Shown here piece after piece: positions 42,396 through 56,340 of a stretch of 64,000 nt of DNA (positions within the stretch are counted from its first letter, which is position 1; each line of letters begins with the position of its first letter). The stretch is from an uncultured Holophagae bacterium (lineage in GTDB: Bacteria; Acidobacteriota; Thermoanaerobaculia; Thermoanaerobaculales; Sulfomarinibacteraceae): contig CAWDGW010000012.1 in assembly GCA_963801995.1 (NCBI GenBank), forward strand, positions 78,940 through 142,939, read 5' to 3'. A program made the translations under genes and the position numbers. The notes beneath the pieces are model-generated. The model saw nothing but the letters and a program-made list of their open reading frames with translations. It ran no database searches and was not told the DNA's origin.

Positions 42396-43403
42396 ATGCA
42401 CTGCCCTTCAATCATCGCGATCTCGATGACCATGGCCGCCGTTGTGCTTACGGGCTGCCAGGTGCCATCACCCGAAGCCGGACCAGAGGCCGTCGCGGTC
42501 ACCGGGCCCTACCTGGGCCAGCAACCTCCGGGCATGGAGCCGGCCCCATTCGCGATCGAGGTCCTGGGAGCGGCGTTCGATATCCGGGACACCGCGTGGA
42601 TGCCGTCCGGGAATCAGCTGTTCTACACGGTCTGGGGCCGGAGCCGAGGCACCATCGTCACCGTCTCGCAGTCCGACGGCCAGTGGAACGCGCCCGAGAT
42701 CGCCCCCTTTTCTGGACAGTGGCCAGCGCTCGAGGCCTTTGTGACCCCTGCCGGCGACGCGCTCTACTTCGTGTCCAAACGGCCCCTGGAGGTCGGCGAC
42801 GAAGAGAAGGACTGGGACATCTGGATGACCCAGCTTGGCGATGACGGTTGGGATGAACCCAAGAATCTGGGTCCCGTCATCAACACCGACGAAGGCGAGT
42901 ACTTCCCGTCGCTCACGACCGACGGCAGCCTCTATTTCACGGCCCGCCGGGAGGACAGCCTGGGCGGAGAGGACATTTACCGGTCGCAGCGACTGGCCGA
43001 TGGGAGCTGGGCCGAGCCGGAAAACCTGGGACCGGCGATCAACTCCCCCGGGCCCGAGTTCAACGCCCTCATCGCACCGGACGAGAGCTTCCTGATCTTC
43101 GGGTCGGTCCGGGAGGGCGACGTGGGCGGCGGCGACCTCCACATCGCCTTCCGGGGCGAGGGCGGCGAATGGCTGCCCGCGAAAAACATGGGCGAGCCGG
43201 TCAACAGCCCGGCCATCGACTACTGCCCGGCGCTCTCCCCTGACGGACGATACTTGTTCTTCACCAGTGGGCGGACGTTGGATGGAGGCTCCAAACCCAC
43301 CACCTATGAGGAGCTGGCCGACGGTCTGCGTGACCCGTTCAACGGCTCCGACAACCTCTGGTGGGTGGACGCCCGAGTCATCGACGGCCTTCGAGGGCGG
43401 TGA
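42396..43403 (+). CDS. PD40/TolB-like beta-propeller lipoprotein
   Basis: LTGC lipobox, GPYLGQ.PPG, repeated W..P.NLG..IN, SPDGRYLFFTS. Confidence 0.88.
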   Translation: MHCPSIIAISMTMAAVVLTGCQVPSPEAGPEAVAVTGPYLGQQPPGMEPAPFAIEVLGAAFDIRDTAWMPSGNQLFYTVWGRSRGTIVTVSQSDGQWNAPEIAPFSGQWPALEAFVTPAGDALYFVSKRPLEVGDEEKDWDIWMTQLGDDGWDEPKNLGPVINTDEGEYFPSLTTDGSLYFTARREDSLGGEDIYRSQRLADGSWAEPENLGPAINSPGPEFNALIAPDESFLIFGSVREGDVGGGDLHIAFRGEGGEWLPAKNMGEPVNSPAIDYCPALSPDGRYLFFTSGRTLDGGSKPTTYEELADGLRDPFNGSDNLWWVDARVIDGLRGR

Positions 43404-43503
43404 TCGAAACAGCGAGGTCCACTCGTTGTGCCTGCTTTCAGGCTCAGCTCTGGGGCTTAAAGGTTTAAAGGTTAGAGGTTTAAAGGTTTAAGGTTAAAGG
43501 TTT

Positions 43504-44353
43504 GGCTCATCCGGGAAAACGTGAGGTGGGGGTCGATCGATTTCGGACTTCACAACGGCACCCGCCCGCCCGAAGAGGAACCGCGGCTTCATCCGCGGAG
43601 ACAGCAATCAGGGACAGCGTCAGAAACCAGCGGCAGGGACCCGCGGCAGCGTCAGTTGACAGCGTCAGTATCGGAGAACCGGGCGCGCTCAGATGGGATT
43701 GAGCAGGCGCCACGTCATCGCACGAACTTGGTCGAAGGTCTCCAAGGCGTTCTCTGCCCCGATTCCATTGACTGCACCAGCGGCGGCGAGGAGTCGCAGG
43801 TGACTGTCGACCTCTTTGGCCGAGGCATAGGCGATCCGCCAGTGGTTCAACCGGTCTCGTCCAAACCGGCCGTGGCCTTCAGCGATGTTGGCCGGGACCG
43901 AGCTTGCCGACCGGATCACCTGATCGGCAATCGATTTCAGAGGAGCGGGAACCCTCATAACGAGCTTGATGGCGATGCCTGCCGCTTCAAGGGCTTTCTG
44001 CTGGGCTACGAGATTGGTGTTCGTGACGGCTCAGGACTGGTCACCTCCGGGTCGTTCATGCTCACCCGAATGCTGGCGAGGGGGCCGGTGTCAAGGGTTT
44101 GCCGGCCTTTGGCCGGCCGCATGGCGCCCTTGACACCGGCCCCCTCGCCAGCTATGCCCATTCACCCCGTGAACGACCCGGAGGTGACCATGTGCAATGC
44201 GGCCAAGACAACTGATTGCTGCCGCTGAAGACTGGTTACTGTCCCTGCTCGCTGTTCCCGGTCGCTGCCCCTGACTGCTGTCGCTGCCGCTGAATTTCGG
44301 GTACGGGAACGGGAACGGCGGGAACTTCAACCACACGTTATTCCGGATGAACC
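43504..44353. mobile_element. non-autonomous ISL3-like cassette carrying a four-helix-bundle gene, copy 2 (850 bp)
   Basis: TIRs GGCTCATCCGGGAAAACGTG / CACGTTATTCCGGATGAACC; same architecture as copy 1; no flanking duplication. Confidence 0.78.
43689..44038 (-). pseudogene. four helix bundle protein, 5' end damaged
   Basis: 75/89 aa identical to copy 1 by manual alignment; ATG reads AG and codon 3 is TGA; could restart at ATG 43958. Confidence 0.75.
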
Positions 44354-44359
44354 GAATCT

Positions 44360-46447
44360 TCAATCTTCAATCTTGGAAAGCAGGGCTTCCGCCTCCGCCT
44401 CGACGGTGGTGCCCTTGCCAAGGACCGACGCCCGCCGCAGGTGAGGTTTGGCCAGGAGGTTGTCGCCCTTGGCCAGATAGACCCTGCCGGTACACATCGC
44501 TGTCAAGGGGTTCGCGGGCTCGAGCTCGGCCGCTCGCCGGCAGTGCTGCAGGGCCTCGTCCAACCGCGACTCGGCCTGGTCCACCTCCGCCAGCTCCAAC
44601 CAGACCACCGCTGCCTCCGGCGCCATGATTGCGGCCCGATCGAGCAGGTCACGCGCCGCCTCGAACCCCCCGCTCTGCCGTTCGAGCCGGGCCAGCTCGA
44701 GCAGCACCACCAGGCTCTCTGCCCCGGCTTCAACCGCTTGGCTGAGGATTCTCTGCCCCTCCTCGGGCTCCGGTGCGAGGTGAGCCAAGCCGAGCCAAGC
44801 TGCGGCGGAACGAGGATCCAGGTCCAGTACCTTTCTGTAACCAACACGGGCCTCATCCTCCCGCCCCAAGAAGCGGTAGGTGTCGGCAACACCGAGGGCC
44901 AGGAACTCCGATCTCGGGTTCAGATCGGCAGCTCGCTGCCGAGTCGCCAGCCCTTCATCACCCTGGTTCGCCGCAAGCTGAGCCTCAGCGAGTCGATTGA
45001 GGAAGGGGACGTTGGAGGGGTTGCGCTCCACGAGTCCGGCGAGGATGGCCGCGGCCCTCTCGGCCTTTCCCTTGGCCAACAGTCCCTTGGCCTCCTCGAA
45101 TGACGCCAATAACCCGATCCCGTCCTTGGGATCGATGCCATCGTTCGACCCTTCCGCGGGTCCTTCCACGTAGCCCAGTGCGATCAAGGCTGTCCTGGTT
45201 TCGGCGTCCAGCTCCGGCTCCGCCACGGATCCCGCCGCCGGTCGAGCGGCCAACTCGGCCACGGCCGCCCTCAGCCGCGCCGCTTCCTCCGGCCGGCTCG
45301 CGATCAGATTGGTGCTCTCCGCAGGATCCGAAACCAGATCGTAGAGCTCCGGCCGGGGTGCCCGGATGTACCGCAGCCGGCCTTCCGTGACGGCATGGAG
45401 GGGCGCCCAACCGTAGACCGACCTGGGCATCGTGGCCTCGCTGTAAATCGGCTCCGGAGATCCGGAATCCTCGTCTTTCAGGCCCGGCAGCACCGAACCG
45501 GGAACAACGCCGTCCTGATTCTCGCCGAGCAGAAAAAACAGACTGGCCGCGAGCCGCCGGATCGCCACCGGAGTTTTTACCACCCGACCCTTCGCCATCC
45601 TCGGACCGGCGATGATCAGCGGCACCTCGATGGCAGCGGTGTAGAGGAAGATCCCGTGACTTCGCTCGTCGTGGTCACCGAGGGCTTCGCCGTGGTCGCC
45701 CACCGCGGCCACGACGGCCCCGGGGAACTTGGCCCGAACCGCATCCAGGAGGCGTCCGATCTCGCGGTCAACGAAGGCCACCTCTCCCAGGTACTTCTCC
45801 ACCACGGTGGCGCCCCCAAATTCGGCAGGCGGACGGTACGGAGCATGGGGGTCGTAGTAGTGGACCCAAAGGAAGACAGGGCGTTGGATCGGCTGCCCCG
45901 CAAGCCACGCCAGGGCGGCATCGGTCACGGCATCCGCCGGCCTCTCCGGATAACCGTACTCACCCACCCGTTCAGCCAGCATGACGTCGTCGTAGAGCTC
46001 GAATCCCCGGTTCAGACCGAACCGTCGGTCGAGCACCCGCGATCCAACGAACGCGGCGGTTGAGTAGCCGCGACTCGCGAGCTCTTCCGCCAGAGTGGGG
46101 ACTCCCGGAGGCAGGGTTTCACCGCCGTTCGTGCGAACACCGTGCTGGGGCGGATCCAAGCCGGTGAGCAGGGTGGTGTGGGATGGCAGCGTCAACGGGG
46201 CAGGTGCCACCGCCCTGGCCCAGCGGGTGCCGGAGGCGGCCAAGCCATCCAACACCGGAGTGTGCGAATGACCGCCATAGACCCCGACGGCATCGGCCCG
46301 GGTCGTGTCGAGGGTGATGAGCACAAGGCTCGGCGCTGTCTCCCCGGCCGTGCCGGCAACCGCTTCGGGCGCAGGGCCGACCCCATACGCAAGCGTCAAT
46401 CCGACGAGCACAGCGGAAACACACCGCGGTTTCATGATGGTCAGCAT
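44360..46447 (-). CDS. sulfatase-like hydrolase with C-terminal TPRs
   Basis: LITLDTTRAD, PLTLPSH, HYYDPH, GDHGE, TPRs. Confidence 0.9.
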   Translation of the reverse strand: MLTIMKPRCVSAVLVGLTLAYGVGPAPEAVAGTAGETAPSLVLITLDTTRADAVGVYGGHSHTPVLDGLAASGTRWARAVAPAPLTLPSHTTLLTGLDPPQHGVRTNGGETLPPGVPTLAEELASRGYSTAAFVGSRVLDRRFGLNRGFELYDDVMLAERVGEYGYPERPADAVTDAALAWLAGQPIQRPVFLWVHYYDPHAPYRPPAEFGGATVVEKYLGEVAFVDREIGRLLDAVRAKFPGAVVAAVGDHGEALGDHDERSHGIFLYTAAIEVPLIIAGPRMAKGRVVKTPVAIRRLAASLFFLLGENQDGVVPGSVLPGLKDEDSGSPEPIYSEATMPRSVYGWAPLHAVTEGRLRYIRAPRPELYDLVSDPAESTNLIASRPEEAARLRAAVAELAARPAAGSVAEPELDAETRTALIALGYVEGPAEGSNDGIDPKDGIGLLASFEEAKGLLAKGKAERAAAILAGLVERNPSNVPFLNRLAEAQLAANQGDEGLATRQRAADLNPRSEFLALGVADTYRFLGREDEARVGYRKVLDLDPRSAAAWLGLAHLAPEPEEGQRILSQAVEAGAESLVVLLELARLERQSGGFEAARDLLDRAAIMAPEAAVVWLELAEVDQAESRLDEALQHCRRAAELEPANPLTAMCTGRVYLAKGDNLLAKPHLRRASVLGKGTTVEAEAEALLSKIED

Positions 46448-46467
46448 AACCTCACCGGTCAGAGTCG

Positions 46468-46597
46468 AAAGTTGAAAGTTGAAAGTTTGAACTCGAAGGT
46501 GGACGGTTGTTCGTTCGCTGGGGTGGATCGATGGATGGTGTGGAAGGTGTGGAAGGTATTGAAGGTGTGGAGGGTGTGGAGGGTGTGGAGGGTGGAG
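46468..46597. repeat. heptamer and nonamer tandem repeats
   Basis: (GAAAGTT)3 and (GGTGTGGAR)~6; reverse complements of the tracts at 15156-15308. Confidence 0.88.
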
Positions 46598-46998
46598 TGT
46601 CGAAAACCTCCGTCGACCTCGCTTGGCGGGTCATTCTCTCGTCCATAGAAAATTAACTCATTGCGGGCCGGCTGGCCGCGTCAGCGGACGGCCGGTTCGC
46701 AATGAGAAGAAAAGCGAATCCTGTCGGAACAGCTGGGCGTGATGGCGTGATGCACGCTACAGCGCCCCCATCCCGTTCTGGGCCAAAATAGGGCTGTCTG
46801 TTCTGGAATTGAGCACTCGGCGCCCTCAGAAACAGCTTTCGCTCTGGCACGCCGATTGCTATCCAACAGTTGGACCGAACGAGTATTCGTGGGTAGAGAT
46901 TTGTCCTCGGCAGCCGGTTGATGTAGTGTTCCAGCTGGCCCCGGCGACACAAGGGGCCAAACCCAATCAAAAGCCCACACACACAACGGGGGGAACCG

Positions 46999-49900
46999 AT
47001 GCACCGTCACCACACCGTCAATGCCCGAAACACGCAAACGAACCAGAAGACGAAAGACCGTACAAGTGGACAAAGAGCCCGGGCGGTTCGGTGGATGGCC
47101 CTGGCTGCCGTCGTTCTGCTTGGCGCCAGCCTCTCACTCGCCTTCACTCCGAAGGAGGCGCGGGACAATCTGGATCTGCTCGTCTACATCGACCCCCAGC
47201 TCAGGGTCGTGGAGGTCACGGCGGATGCCGACGGTCTCGGCGAAACACTCTCGACGACCCCCGAAATGGAGGCCTTCCGCCAGTCCTACGGCCCCGAGTG
47301 GAGCTTCACCGTCGATCTGCGGCGTGGGGTCACCGGACTGATTGACGGCGGCGCGATCCCGTTCATTCCCGGCACCAGGAACGACCTCCCATGGGGTCAG
47401 TTCGCGGCCGGCTGCAGCAGCAACGACTGCATCCCGGTGGCCACGGTGGAGACACTGGCCCGCGATTTCATCGAACAGAACACCTCTCTCCTGGGCGTCC
47501 AGTCGCACGAGCTCGTGCTCGATCCCCTGGGATCCGGCCCCTTTGGTGACTCCATGTATTTCCTCAGTTTCAGGTGGACGGTCGGCGGGGTCCCGGTTGA
47601 GCACGGCTCGGTCTTCTTCCGCATCAACCGCGGCAATTTGCTCCAGGTGGCCAGTCAAAGGGTCGGTCCGATCCAGACCGATCCCTCGCCCACCCTGTCC
47701 CGGAGCGACGCCAGGTCGGTGGTCGAGGGCTACCTGGGACCCTTCGGAGTCGCCGACGATCGGGTGCTTGATAACGGCTCCCTCTTCTTCGTCCCAGCGA
47801 CCCCACACAACCAGGATCCAGACGTCTTCGAGGGACCGATCGGCACGGGCATCGACTACCGACTTGCCTGGCGCTTCGAGTTCCAGCGCAAAGAGGTCAT
47901 CGGAACCTGGGAAGCCGTGGTGGACGCCCACAACGGCGAGCTGCTGCGCTTCGTCGACACCAACGAGTACGGCCGGGTCCACGGCGGTGCCTACCCCGGT
48001 GACAACCACACCGGCGAGGCCGACCGGCCCTTTGCCTTCGCCGACACCGGCCTGCCGTCCCCGGACAATTACGCCGACTCCGGCGGTCTTTTCCCCGGCG
48101 ACAACGCCACCACAACCCTTCAGGGCAAGTACGCCAAGATCTTCGACAGCTGCGGCGCCATCAACAACACCACCACCACCGGTGAGGTGGACTTCAGCCT
48201 CGGAACGGGCACCGACTGCGCGGTGCCGACCGGCAACACCGGCGGGCCCGGCAACACCCACTCGGCGCGCACCCAGTACTACCACCTGACCACGGCCAAC
48301 CTTCGAGCCCAGGCCTGGATGCCCGGCAACACCTGGCTGACCTCCAGCTTCATCACCGTCTACACCAACCAGTCGCCGTGGTGCAACGCCACCTCCGGCG
48401 GCGACACCCTGAACTTCTACAAGGCCGCCTCGGGCTGCTGGAACCTCGGTGAGATCCCCGGAGTTTCGCTCCACGAGTGGGGTCACAGCCTGGACGACTT
48501 CGACGGCTCGGGCGGCGACTCGCGACCGGTGGAGGCCTACGCCGACTGGATGGCGGCGCTCCACCTTCACGACTCCTGCGTCGGTCGCGGTTTCCTGCTC
48601 TCAGGCAACTGCGGTGGCTACGGCGACCCTGCAACGACTGCACCGGCATCCGCGACATGGACTACACCCAGGCACCCGGCAACACGCCCTGGTCCGCCGC
48701 GAATTACGGAACTCGGTCTGGAACAACAGCGGCACCAGCTACTACGGGCCCTGCGGCCTCGGCTCCCACGCCGAGGGAGGCATCGCCTCCCAGGCCCTGT
48801 GGGACTTCGTCAACCGCAAGCTCACGGCACCGCCTTACAACATGGACATCACGAGCGCCTGGCTGCTGGGCGACCGGCTCTGGTACCTGGTCATCCCGAC
48901 TCTGGGCTACGACATGTACACCTGCACGCATCCCGAACTCCGACGGCTGCGGTCCCAACAGCCTGTTCACCGTCATGAAGGCGATCGACGACGACGGCGA
49001 CGGCACTGCCAACGGAACTCCCCACGCCGCCGCCATCTTCTCGGCCATGGACGACCACAACATCGCCTGCGGCCTGGCCTCGGACGCCACCAACCAGGAC
49101 CAGACGCTCCTGTCCTTCGATCGGCGCCACCACGTTGACCGGGGCCGGCTCGAACAACCAGGCCGAGCTGAGCTGGGCCGCAGCGGCCAACGCCACCAGG
49201 TACTTCATCTACCGCAACGACATCGGTTGCGATGCCGGCTACGCCAGAGTCGGAGAGGTCAACGCCCCGACTACCACCTTCACCGACACCACCGTGGTCA
49301 ACGACATCGACTACTACTACGTGGTCCAGCCGGTGGGCGCCTCCGACGGCTGCACCGGCCCGGTCAGTAATTGCGCGACCGTGACCCCGGTGCCCTGTCA
49401 GACACCGGACACTCCCACGGGCCTCAATGCCACGGCCAACGGCGACAACCGGATCGACCTGACCTGGAGCGCTGCGACCGGCGCTGACACCTACAATGTC
49501 TACCGTGCCGTGGGCACCTGCCCGCAGGACTCCTACCAGTTGATCGCCACCGACATCAGCGGTACCAGCTACTCGGACCTCACCGCCTCCGGTGGGCTCG
49601 ACTACGCCTACGTGGTGGCGTCCGAAGACATCACCGGCGGCTGCGAGTCGGCCGACAGCAACTGCGACGGCGCCCAGACCACGGGCGAATGCCTCGAGGC
49701 CCCGATCTTCGACGGCGTCCAGTCCGTCACCAACCCCGGCACAGCCACCTGCACCCTCAACCTGGGTTGGGATGCGGCGGCCGACTACTGCGGCGGCCCG
49801 GTGAGCTACAACGTCTACCGTTCCACGACCTCCGGATTCACACCCGGACCGGACACTCTGATCGCCACCGATGTGGCGACCACCTCGTTCTCCGACGCGG

Positions 49901-51489
49901 TCGCGCTCGACTTCGAGGTCGACTACTTCTACATCGTCCGGTCGGTTGACGACTCCAACGGCTCTGAGGACAACAACACCGTCGAGCTCTCCGACTCTCC
50001 CACCGGACCCATCGACACCGGGACCTGGGAGGACGACGCCGGCGACACCGGGGATGCGAAATTGGTCCTCGACCCCGAATGGAGCGTCGACGCCAGCGGC
50101 GGCAACACCGGCCCCAAGGTCTACAACACCGGCGCGTACGGGAACCAGCTCTGCGACGGTGCAGCCACGCCGCTGCTCCAACTCGGAACCAACCCGCAGC
50201 TGAGCTTCTGGTCCAGGTACGACATCGAGGACAACTGGGACAAGGGCCAGGTGGAGATCTCCACCGACGGCGGCAGCCAATTGGGCAACGGGTCGAGGTC
50301 AACTACCCGGACTACGCCAACCGCAGCTCCGACAACTGCGACTGGCCGACAGGCGATTTCTTCTCGGGAACCGGAGCGAGCTACGCCGAGTACACTGCAG
50401 CCCTCGACGCGTGGTCCGGCCAGGAGGCCATGGTGCGGTGGACCCTCTCCACCGATGGTTCGGTCAACGGCACCGGCTGGTTGGTGGACGACATCGCCAT
50501 CACCCAGGTGGACGTTCCGTCCGCGTGTACGCCCGGGGGTGCCGACCTGCCCGGAGCCTTCGCCAAGGCGAGCCCGGCGGACGGCGCCATCGACCAGAGC
50601 ACCGACCTCGCCCTTTCCTGGGGCGCGAGCACGGACGCCACCAGCTACGAGTACTGCATCGACACCAGCAACAACAGCGCCTGCGACGGCGCCTGGATCA
50701 ACGCCGGAAACGTGACGAGCACCCCCGTGTCCGGACTCGAAATCGGCACCACCTACTACTGGCAGGTCCGGGCCGTTGAACCCCTACGGCAACACCGAGG
50801 CCGATGGCGGGGGCTGGTGGGACTTCACCACCGAAGTCATCCTGCCGGGTGCCTTTGCCAAGGCCAGCCCTGCCAACGGCGCATCGGGTCAGCCCAATTC
50901 GCTCAGCCTGACCTGGGGAGTAAGCTCGGACGCCACCAGCTATGAGTACTGTATCGACACCAGCAACAACAGTACCTGTGACGCCGTCTGGGTCGGGGTT
51001 GGCAACACCAACAGCGCGGCCCTCGTCGGCCTCGCCGACGCCACCACCTACTACTGGCAGGTGCGGGCGATCAACTCCCTGGGCGACACCGAAGCCAACA
51101 ACGGTGCGTGGTGGAACTTCACCACCCTGATTCCGCTGCCCGAGCCGTTCGGAAAGATCGGCCCGGCGGACGGCGCCTTCGGCCAGTCGCTGGACGTCAC
51201 GTTGTCATGGGAGACGAGCTCCTTCGCCACGAGCTACGAGTACTGCATCGACACCAGTGCCGACGACAGCTGCGACACGTCGTGGGTCTCCGCCGGTGGT
51301 AACACCAGCGTGCAGCCCGCGGGTCTGGCGGAGATGACCTACTACTACTGGCAGGTCCGGGCCGTCAATACCTCGGGCAGCGTCGACGCCGACGGCGGAG
51401 GCGCGTGGATGTTCATCACCACACCGCTGCTCTTCGAGGATGGTGTGGAGGCGGGCGACACCTCGCGGTGGACCGTCACGGTTCCATAG
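46999..51489 (+). CDS. large secreted M4/M36-like metallopeptidase with FN3/Ig repeats (several frameshifts)
   Basis: signal peptide, PepSY-like VDAHNGE, HEWGH, Cys-rich FN3 domains, three PG/EAF.K..PA..YEYCIDTS..YYWQVRA repeats, LFEDGVEAG tail. Confidence 0.8.
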
Positions 51490-51513
51490 CTCCGATCTCA
51501 AACCTACTCATCC

Positions 51514-51539
51514 AAGCCCGGGGAGACCCGGGCTTTTTT
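51514..51539 (+). terminator. intrinsic terminator
   Basis: AAGCCCGGG-GAGA-CCCGGGCTT-TTTT. Confidence 0.85.
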
Positions 51540-51691
51540 AATTCGGAATTCGGAATTCGGAATTCGGAAAACCGTCCTCGATCGAACGGCCGGGAAATCG
51601 GCCGCGGAACCAATCGCCCCGTTCGCCGTTAACACAATTGTCTGCCACGCGTATTTGATGTTGAGCGAAGGCCCGGTGACCGGGGGACGAA

Positions 51692-52988
51692 ATGACGAAG
51701 TAACTCACGAAAACAAAGTGGAGACTCCTGGGCCTCTCGGCCCTGGTGGTAGTGGCCGCAACGGCGGTCTTCTTGGGCGTCACCTACGCCCGCGTGGAAG
51801 CCACCGAAACCGACACGGCCGGGCGTGGAAGAGACCCAGACGAGCCGAGGAAATCGCGGCCATCCCGGTGGAGGTGGCGGAGATTTCCAGCGGGCCGGTG
51901 GCGTCCTACATCACCGCGACGGCCAACCTGGTGCCAGAGGACCAGGTCCGGGTGCTCGCCGAGGCCGAGGGTCGGGTCACTGCCTTGCTGGTGGAGGAAG
52001 GCGACGCCGTCAGCCGCGGCCAGACTCTCGCCTCTCTCGACCGCGGGGAGGCCGAGATGGTGCTCGCCAAGGCCAAGACTCCGCGCCACCAATTCCCGGC
52101 TTGCATGGGAGCGCGCCGGCGACACCATGGGCCGGGGTTTGATCGCCCGCGAGGAATTCGATCGGCTCACCATGGAACACGAGGTCGCCAAACAGGAGGT
52201 GGCCGAGGCCGAGTGGCGACTTTCGCGCACCGTCATCCGCGCCCCCTTCAGCGGCATCGTCACCGAACGTTTCATCAATCCCGGCCAGCACCTGCGGCCC
52301 GGTGACGAGGTCTTTTCGGTAGCCGATTTCGACCCGCTCATCGCGAGGATCTACCTCCCGGAGAAAGACGTCCTGACCCTCGAGGAGGGGCGGCAGGTGG
52401 GTCTGGTCCTGGCCGCCGACGACACGGTTCGCTTCACCGGAAAAATCCGCCAGATCTCGCCGGTGGTGGACACCGCCACGGGCACGGTCAAGGTGACGGT
52501 GGAGTCGATCTCGCCGCCACCCCAGGTTCGACCAGGGGCCTTCGTTTCGGTGGAGATCGTTCGCCAACGCCGCGACGACGCCGTGCTGCTGCCCCGTCGT
52601 TCGGTGATCCGCGAAATGCGGACCGCCCACGTCTTTGTCACCGACGGCGATACGGCCGAAAAGCGCCCGGTCACCCTCGGCCTCGAGGAGGGTGAAATCG
52701 TCGAAGCCCTCAGCGGAGTGGACGCCGGTGAAACGGTGATCGTTGCCGGCCAGGGGGGACTCAAACCCGGCGCCAAGATCAAGGTGCTCTGTAACGCGAC
52801 ATCGGTCGGTCGCACCGGATCGGATGCGGTGGGCTTCGCGGATGCGTCACTTCGGAGTTCGGGAGTCGGAAAAGATCTCGGCAGTCTCGCGGGTCGCAAG
52901 ATCGCAATTCCAACAGCCTCGGTTCCGGGTCAGGGCCAGCTCCGAGTCCCGAGCCACGAATCCCCAGGTCCGATAGCAGGAGGAACAG

Positions 52989-53002
<14 letters not shown>
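51692..53002 (+). CDS. RND efflux membrane-fusion protein (frameshifted; ends uncertain)
   Basis: EEGDAVSRGQ, IRAPFSG, ISPVVD.ATGT, RPG.FV motifs; similarity probably ends near 52790. Confidence 0.85.
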
Positions 53003-56231
<3,229 letters not shown>

Positions 56232-56322
56232 AATTGCAGATTGCAAATTGCAAATTGCAAATTTTGACCGGCTTTCCCGTGCGACATGAGAATTTTCAAT
56301 TTTCAATTTTCAATTTTCAATT
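56232..56322. repeat. heptamer tracts between the two RND genes
   Basis: (AAATTGC)4 and (AATTTTC)4. Confidence 0.9.
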
Positions 56323-56340
56323 GGGAGGTCGGGTGGTGGT

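Noticed and set aside
44031-44033. In-frame TGA as selenocysteine
   Set aside because: Aligns with Lys in the paralog, and the adjacent start codon is also damaged.
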